Shown piece after piece: positions 60,580-64,000 of a DNA stretch of 64,000 nucleotides. Position 1 is the stretch's first letter. Each line of letters begins with the position of its first letter. The notes under the pieces were generated by a model, which did not search any database, had not been told where the DNA came from, and was given only the letters and a program-made list of their open reading frames with translations. The translations under genes and the position numbers were made by a program. The stretch is from an uncultured virus (IMG/VR IMGVR_UViG_3300020213_000033). Lineage: Duplodnaviria > Heunggongvirae > Uroviricota > Caudoviricetes. Location: IMG/VR virus record IMGVR_UViG_3300020213_000033; one strand, written 5' to 3'.

Positions 60580-61660
60580 CGTCCGATCCCGGCTCGCGGC
60601 CTTCGATGCGGGAGAAGTTCGACCATTCGATGTCGTCCGCCCGTGCGGGTTCTGGCGGGGCGCCGGCCGGCAGGGCCTTGGTCGCGTTCTTCGGGGCTTC
60701 GACCCAGCGCACCACCGTGTCGTAGTCGCGCCGCTGGATGTCGGCCGTGGACGTAAGGCGGAACTTCTGCAGCAGGTACTCGCGGAGTTCCTCGTCGGTG
60801 CGCGCCTTGCTCTTGAGGATGGTGAACAGCCGGGCCTGCTGCTGGCGCGTGATGGGCTCGGTTTCGGAGGCGTGCGCGCCGGCGGGCGCGACGTCGCCGG
60901 GCTCGTAGCGGTTGTCGCCCTTCTGCTCGCTCCGGTGGGCTAGCTCGCCCTCGAACGGGGCGGACGATTTCAGCCGCCATTGCTCCTTGGTCTGCTGGTT
61001 GCCCCACTTCTGGCGCACCTGGACCTGCACACAGTGCGCGTGGAGAAACGTCCGCGTGTAGTCCCGGTCCCACAGTTCCGGGAAGACGCCGATCCGCTTG
61101 AGGCAGCGCCGGAGCCCGCTCGCCACGGTACCCTCAGCGGCATCCCCGTAGGATTGCTCCGGGTTTTTGTCTGAATAATCCTGCTCTCCGACCGCCGCCG
61201 CCACGGGTTTCCCGCCGATGTGCAGCACGTAGTAGGCGGTCACTTGCTTCCGCCCGTTCCCGCTCTCCGACAACTTCGGCATCGAGGCCGGCAGGAGCGC
61301 CCAGCCGAACCGGCCGAACGCGCTATTCATCAGCGCCGTGAGCTGCGGATGGGAGACGTAGACGGCGCCGTTTGGCTTCACGCGTAGCCATTCCGCCGGC
61401 GCCGGCCGCGCGAGCACGGCTTCCTGCTCGGCCGTGAGCGTCAGCGCCACCATGCCGAGTTGGCCGAGTTGGATGTCGTCACCGGAGATGATCCGGTCGG
61501 GCGTCGGTGGGGGGACGAGCGCGAGCGCCGCGGCCTCCTGCTTCACGCCGGTGGCGAACACGGGGCGTGGCGTCTTCTTCGCGGGCGTCGGCGTCTTCTT
61601 CGCGGGCGGCTTCGTCTTGGCGAGCGCCGCCGTCTTCGTCGTGGGCGTCTGCTTCTTCAT
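60566..61660 (-). CDS. Rad52/Mgm101-like single-strand annealing protein
   Basis: VKPNGAVYVSH...MNSAFGRFGW; GDAAEG..ASGLRRCLKRIGVFPELWD. Confidence 0.8.
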   Translation of the reverse strand: MKKQTPTTKTAALAKTKPPAKKTPTPAKKTPRPVFATGVKQEAAALALVPPPTPDRIISGDDIQLGQLGMVALTLTAEQEAVLARPAPAEWLRVKPNGAVYVSHPQLTALMNSAFGRFGWALLPASMPKLSESGNGRKQVTAYYVLHIGGKPVAAAVGEQDYSDKNPEQSYGDAAEGTVASGLRRCLKRIGVFPELWDRDYTRTFLHAHCVQVQVRQKWGNQQTKEQWRLKSSAPFEGELAHRSEQKGDNRYEPGDVAPAGAHASETEPITRQQQARLFTILKSKARTDEELREYLLQKFRLTSTADIQRRDYDTVVRWVEAPKNATKALPAGAPPEPARADDIEWSNFSRIEGREPGSDDGDE

Positions 61661-61686
61661 GGGTCTGCTCCGTGAGGGTGAGGGCG

Positions 61687-61971
61687 TTACCGCGTCCGCT
61701 TGATGGTCATGTCCGAGTCGGCTCGTCTGGCGGCAGCCGCGCTGAGCACCAGCCGCTCGGTGAGGTCCACCAGCGGTTGGCCGTGGGTCGCGGCACGCAC
61801 GGCGAAGTCGATCACGTCCGCGTCGCTGATGCGCTTCCGGCCCGAGGCCAGGAGAAGCGCGCGGCGGATGCGCTCGAACAGGGCGCCGCCGTCTTTCGAC
61901 AGGACGCCCTGCACGCGAATGGATTTGTCCGAGGGGTAGAGGGTGTAGGCGGTGCTCTTCGGTGGGGTCAT
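61687..61971 (-). CDS. Small putative DNA-binding regulator (first early gene)
   Basis: ATG 7 nt after the -10 box; ISDADVIDFAVR. Confidence 0.6.
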   Translation of the reverse strand: MTPPKSTAYTLYPSDKSIRVQGVLSKDGGALFERIRRALLLASGRKRISDADVIDFAVRAATHGQPLVDLTERLVLSAAAARRADSDMTIKRTR

Positions 61972-61978
61972 GCGGGCC

Positions 61979-62007
61979 AGTGTGCCGCCCCTGGCCCGAT
62001 TTGTCAA
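61979..62007 (-). promoter_or_regulatory. Early promoter (likely leaderless) with inverted-repeat operator
   Basis: TTGACA-17nt-CACACT; CGGGCCAG/CTGGCCCG at 61973-61980 and 61991-61998. Confidence 0.6.
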
Positions 62008-62049
62008 GACGCTAGGACGGGAGCACGCCGACGTGTGTGCGAGTCACGA

Positions 62050-62691
62050 TTAACCCACTCCCATCACCATCAACCTCTTTGGGCCGCCGCCCGCCGCCTC
62101 GATGTAATTCATGATCGCTGCGTTGGCGGTATTCGCAGTGGCCGTGGTGAACGGGCCATCTGTCGTTTCCGCGCCGGTCGAGAGCTTGTATTGACGGAGG
62201 TGGCGGCCGAGTGTTTCTGCCCTCGTGAACCCGGCGCCTGCCACTGAGGTATCGATATCCGCAGCGAACGCCGCGCCCACGACAATGACGCCCGCGCCAG
62301 TGGTCGTGATCGACCCACACGTGTACGTCGTGACGGAGCTATTTGCCGCGTCGTTGGTCTGATCGAATGCGGTCCATGATGTGGCCGGAATCCACGCGTC
62401 AAGATAGCCGCTGAAGACGCTGTTGCCGCCATACGTGATCGTGATGACATGGCTCCCCGTCGTCGCCACGATCAGGCTATAGAGCCGGATGTGCTCTCCG
62501 GCCCCAGATCCGCGCTCTTGCCGGAACGTGAGCGCACCATCGAGATCACTCACCACGCTACTTGGTGTCCCGCCGTCGCGTTCGCGCAACGACAACGTGA
62601 CCAAATCCCCCACGACCAGCGACGCGAGTGTGCCGCTCGCCGTCGTGCCGAATCCCTGCGCGAAGGTCGTGCTCGTGCGAAGCGTCGCCAT
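62050..62691 (-). CDS. Thr/Gly-rich beta-type late protein
   Basis: GGGAG RBS; ends PKRLMVMGVG. Confidence 0.7.
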   Translation of the reverse strand: MATLRTSTTFAQGFGTTASGTLASLVVGDLVTLSLRERDGGTPSSVVSDLDGALTFRQERGSGAGEHIRLYSLIVATTGSHVITITYGGNSVFSGYLDAWIPATSWTAFDQTNDAANSSVTTYTCGSITTTGAGVIVVGAAFAADIDTSVAGAGFTRAETLGRHLRQYKLSTGAETTDGPFTTATANTANAAIMNYIEAAGGGPKRLMVMGVG

Positions 62692-63126
62692 CTATTGCTC
62701 CCTCACCGGGAGCGCCCGGTCCAAAAAGTAGCTTACTGGAATGGCTGACGGCGCTGGCGTGCGAATCCCCAGCAGCGCGTCTGCATTGCCATACTCAATC
62801 AATGTCGACGTGACCACGGGGTCTGCCGCCATGCCCCACTCCCCCGGCGCGTAGCCGAGGCGATAGATGGCTTTGCTAGTAGGGTTGAACGTCGGCCCAT
62901 CCTCGCGGACCCACCCGGCCATCTGCCCCGCGTCGCCCAATGTGTTCGCCACGGCGAGCCGCTCCGGTGGCACGAGCGCCGACACGACAGGCACGGGCGC
63001 GACGAGTGGGCCTGGCACCGTCACGGTGATCCGCGTGCCCACCGGCAGCGTCGTGACGGGGCCGTTGGTGTCGCACCGCATCGTGCGCCTGATGTCACCG
63101 TCCGCATACCCCGCTCTCACGCTCAC
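62692..63126 (-). CDS. ORF lacking a good start; probable -1 frameshift extension of 63144..63590
   Basis: Frame stays open back to the slippery site at 63207; homolog runs off window at position 1. Confidence 0.6.
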   Translation of the reverse strand: MSVRAGYADGDIRRTMRCDTNGPVTTLPVGTRITVTVPGPLVAPVPVVSALVPPERLAVANTLGDAGQMAGWVREDGPTFNPTSKAIYRLGYAPGEWGMAADPVVTSTLIEYGNADALLGIRTPAPSAIPVSYFLDRALPVREQ

Positions 63127-63143
63127 GACCGTGCAGGAGTAGG

Positions 63144-63590
63144 TCAGGGGCGTCGGAGCCGGAGGTTGCTCGGCGCAGGACGCACCGCCCCCGGACGCAC
63201 AAAAGGGTGACTGCGCGCACTCTCTGGAGAGACGCCAGCGCTACTGATGGCCGCGAGTGTCGAATCGTAGGTCAGCGTCAACGAGAAGGGAAGGGCGAAG
63301 AGGGGGCCACCGGCCGTCTCGTCCCGCACGCAATCGGTCGTGTCCCCAGCGTCTCGGAGGAATCGGATCTGCGTCGGGTTAGCCTGAGTGCCGCTGACCG
63401 CCAACACCGCCTGACCACAGAGCGCCTGCGCGGCAGGGAACGTGAACGTCGTGATCGGAGAGGCAGCGCCGAGGTTGTAGATCGACAGCCGGTAGTCCGT
63501 GACCGCCTGCGCCTCAGCCTGAGACGACGCCAGCAGCGACAGCGAGAGCAAGAGCGCGACGAGCAGCGATCGTGAGAGCCTTAACATCAT
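63144..63590 (-). CDS. Signal-peptide protein, paralog of 241..684
   Basis: Near-identical leader, diverged mature part. Confidence 0.75.
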   Translation of the reverse strand: MMLRLSRSLLVALLLSLSLLASSQAEAQAVTDYRLSIYNLGAASPITTFTFPAAQALCGQAVLAVSGTQANPTQIRFLRDAGDTTDCVRDETAGGPLFALPFSLTLTYDSTLAAISSAGVSPESARSHPFVRPGAVRPAPSNLRLRRP

Positions 63591-63741
63591 GCAGTGCCTC
63601 TTTCTGTTCCGACCATAACGTGCATCCGTAGTCCGCTGCCGTGACCACCATAATCATCGGCGCGTCGGGATTGCGGCACACCATCGCAGCGTAGTGTGTC
63701 GACCAATCCCAGTGCGTACAGTCGTTACACCGTCTCGCCAT
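63514..63741 (-). CDS. Small 4-Cys protein
   Basis: CNDCTHW...CRN...DYGC. Confidence 0.6.
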   Translation of the reverse strand: MARRCNDCTHWDWSTHYAAMVCRNPDAPMIMVVTAADYGCTLWSEQKEALHDVKALTIAARRALALAVAAGVVSG

Positions 63742-63751
63742 GATTCACGAC

Positions 63752-63809
63752 CGGCGCCGCCGACTCACCTGCGGAGACTCCCGCTCGATGTTCCCAGCCA
63801 GCGACGCCG
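63752..63809 (-). other. Conserved intergenic stem-loop, copy B
   Basis: Homolog of 3602..3660. Confidence 0.6.
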
Positions 63810-63839
63810 ATATGCCATCGTCGTTCTCCTGCGCGCCGA

Positions 63840-63998
63840 CTATGACGCGGTGATGCTGAGGTCGATCTGCACGTCGAGCAGCTCGCTCGACTGCAGCAGC
63901 TTCGATCCGACTGAGAACAAGCCGCCGCCGAAGAGTAGGCCCGTGGTGCCCCCCTTTGTGTTGTTGCTCGACAAAAAGCCGCCGAAGATGCGCGTGTT
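63840..63998 (-). CDS. 3' end of a phage tail-type protein (truncated by window)
   Basis: ...IFGGFLSSNNTKGGTTGLLFGGGLF...LLDVQIDLSITAS*. Confidence 0.55.
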   Translation of the reverse strand, partial: NTRIFGGFLSSNNTKGGTTGLLFGGGLFSVGSKLLQSSELLDVQIDLSITAS

Positions 63999-64000
63999 AG

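Larger units (their letters stand above)
62904..63741. repeat. Diverged direct repeat, copy B
   Basis: See 1..832. Confidence 0.95.
1..64000 (-). mobile_element. P22-like podovirus phage/prophage genome (circularly permuted or partial)
   Basis: TerL, P22-type portal/coat/gp10/gp4-like genes, endolysin, DnaB and recombination module, densely packed and co-oriented; no host housekeeping genes. Confidence 0.95.

Noticed and set aside
62904..64000. Exact terminal repeat indicating a closed 62.9-kb circle
   Set aside because: Copies are diverged and their upstream genes differ.

Overview
A GC-rich tailed-phage genome segment of P22-like podovirus architecture, with almost all genes on the minus strand. 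Read right to left it contains: late/tail-end genes (62-64 kb); an early recombination/replication module (Rad52-like SSAP, PD-(D/E)XK exonuclease, HNH, intein-containing DExH helicase, DnaB, RuvC-like resolvase, methyltransferases); TerS; a ~9 kb accessory array with a small plus-strand operon; TerL; a tRNA-CAU; portal, scaffold, coat, gp4/gp10-like and ejection genes; a 4484-aa DarB-like polyvalent protein; a tail fibre; a lysis cassette; and a cluster of signal-peptide-bearing late genes. I see no integrase, CRISPR array or reverse transcriptase. The most unusual signals are: (1) an intact intein whose DUF559/Vsr-like endonuclease is encoded as a nested +1-frame gene with its own RBS; (2) two twin-arginine-leader mini-proteins flanking the tRNA, each carrying a different fragment resembling the phage's own capsid protein; (3) a -1 frameshift signal conserved in both copies of a diverged duplicated module at the window ends; (4) a second nested +1-frame gene inside the giant protein; (5) a structured ~490-bp non-coding region upstream of the replication genes and a twice-occurring ~60-nt hairpin with structure-preserving changes. 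All family calls are from motif recognition by eye, and no searches were run.
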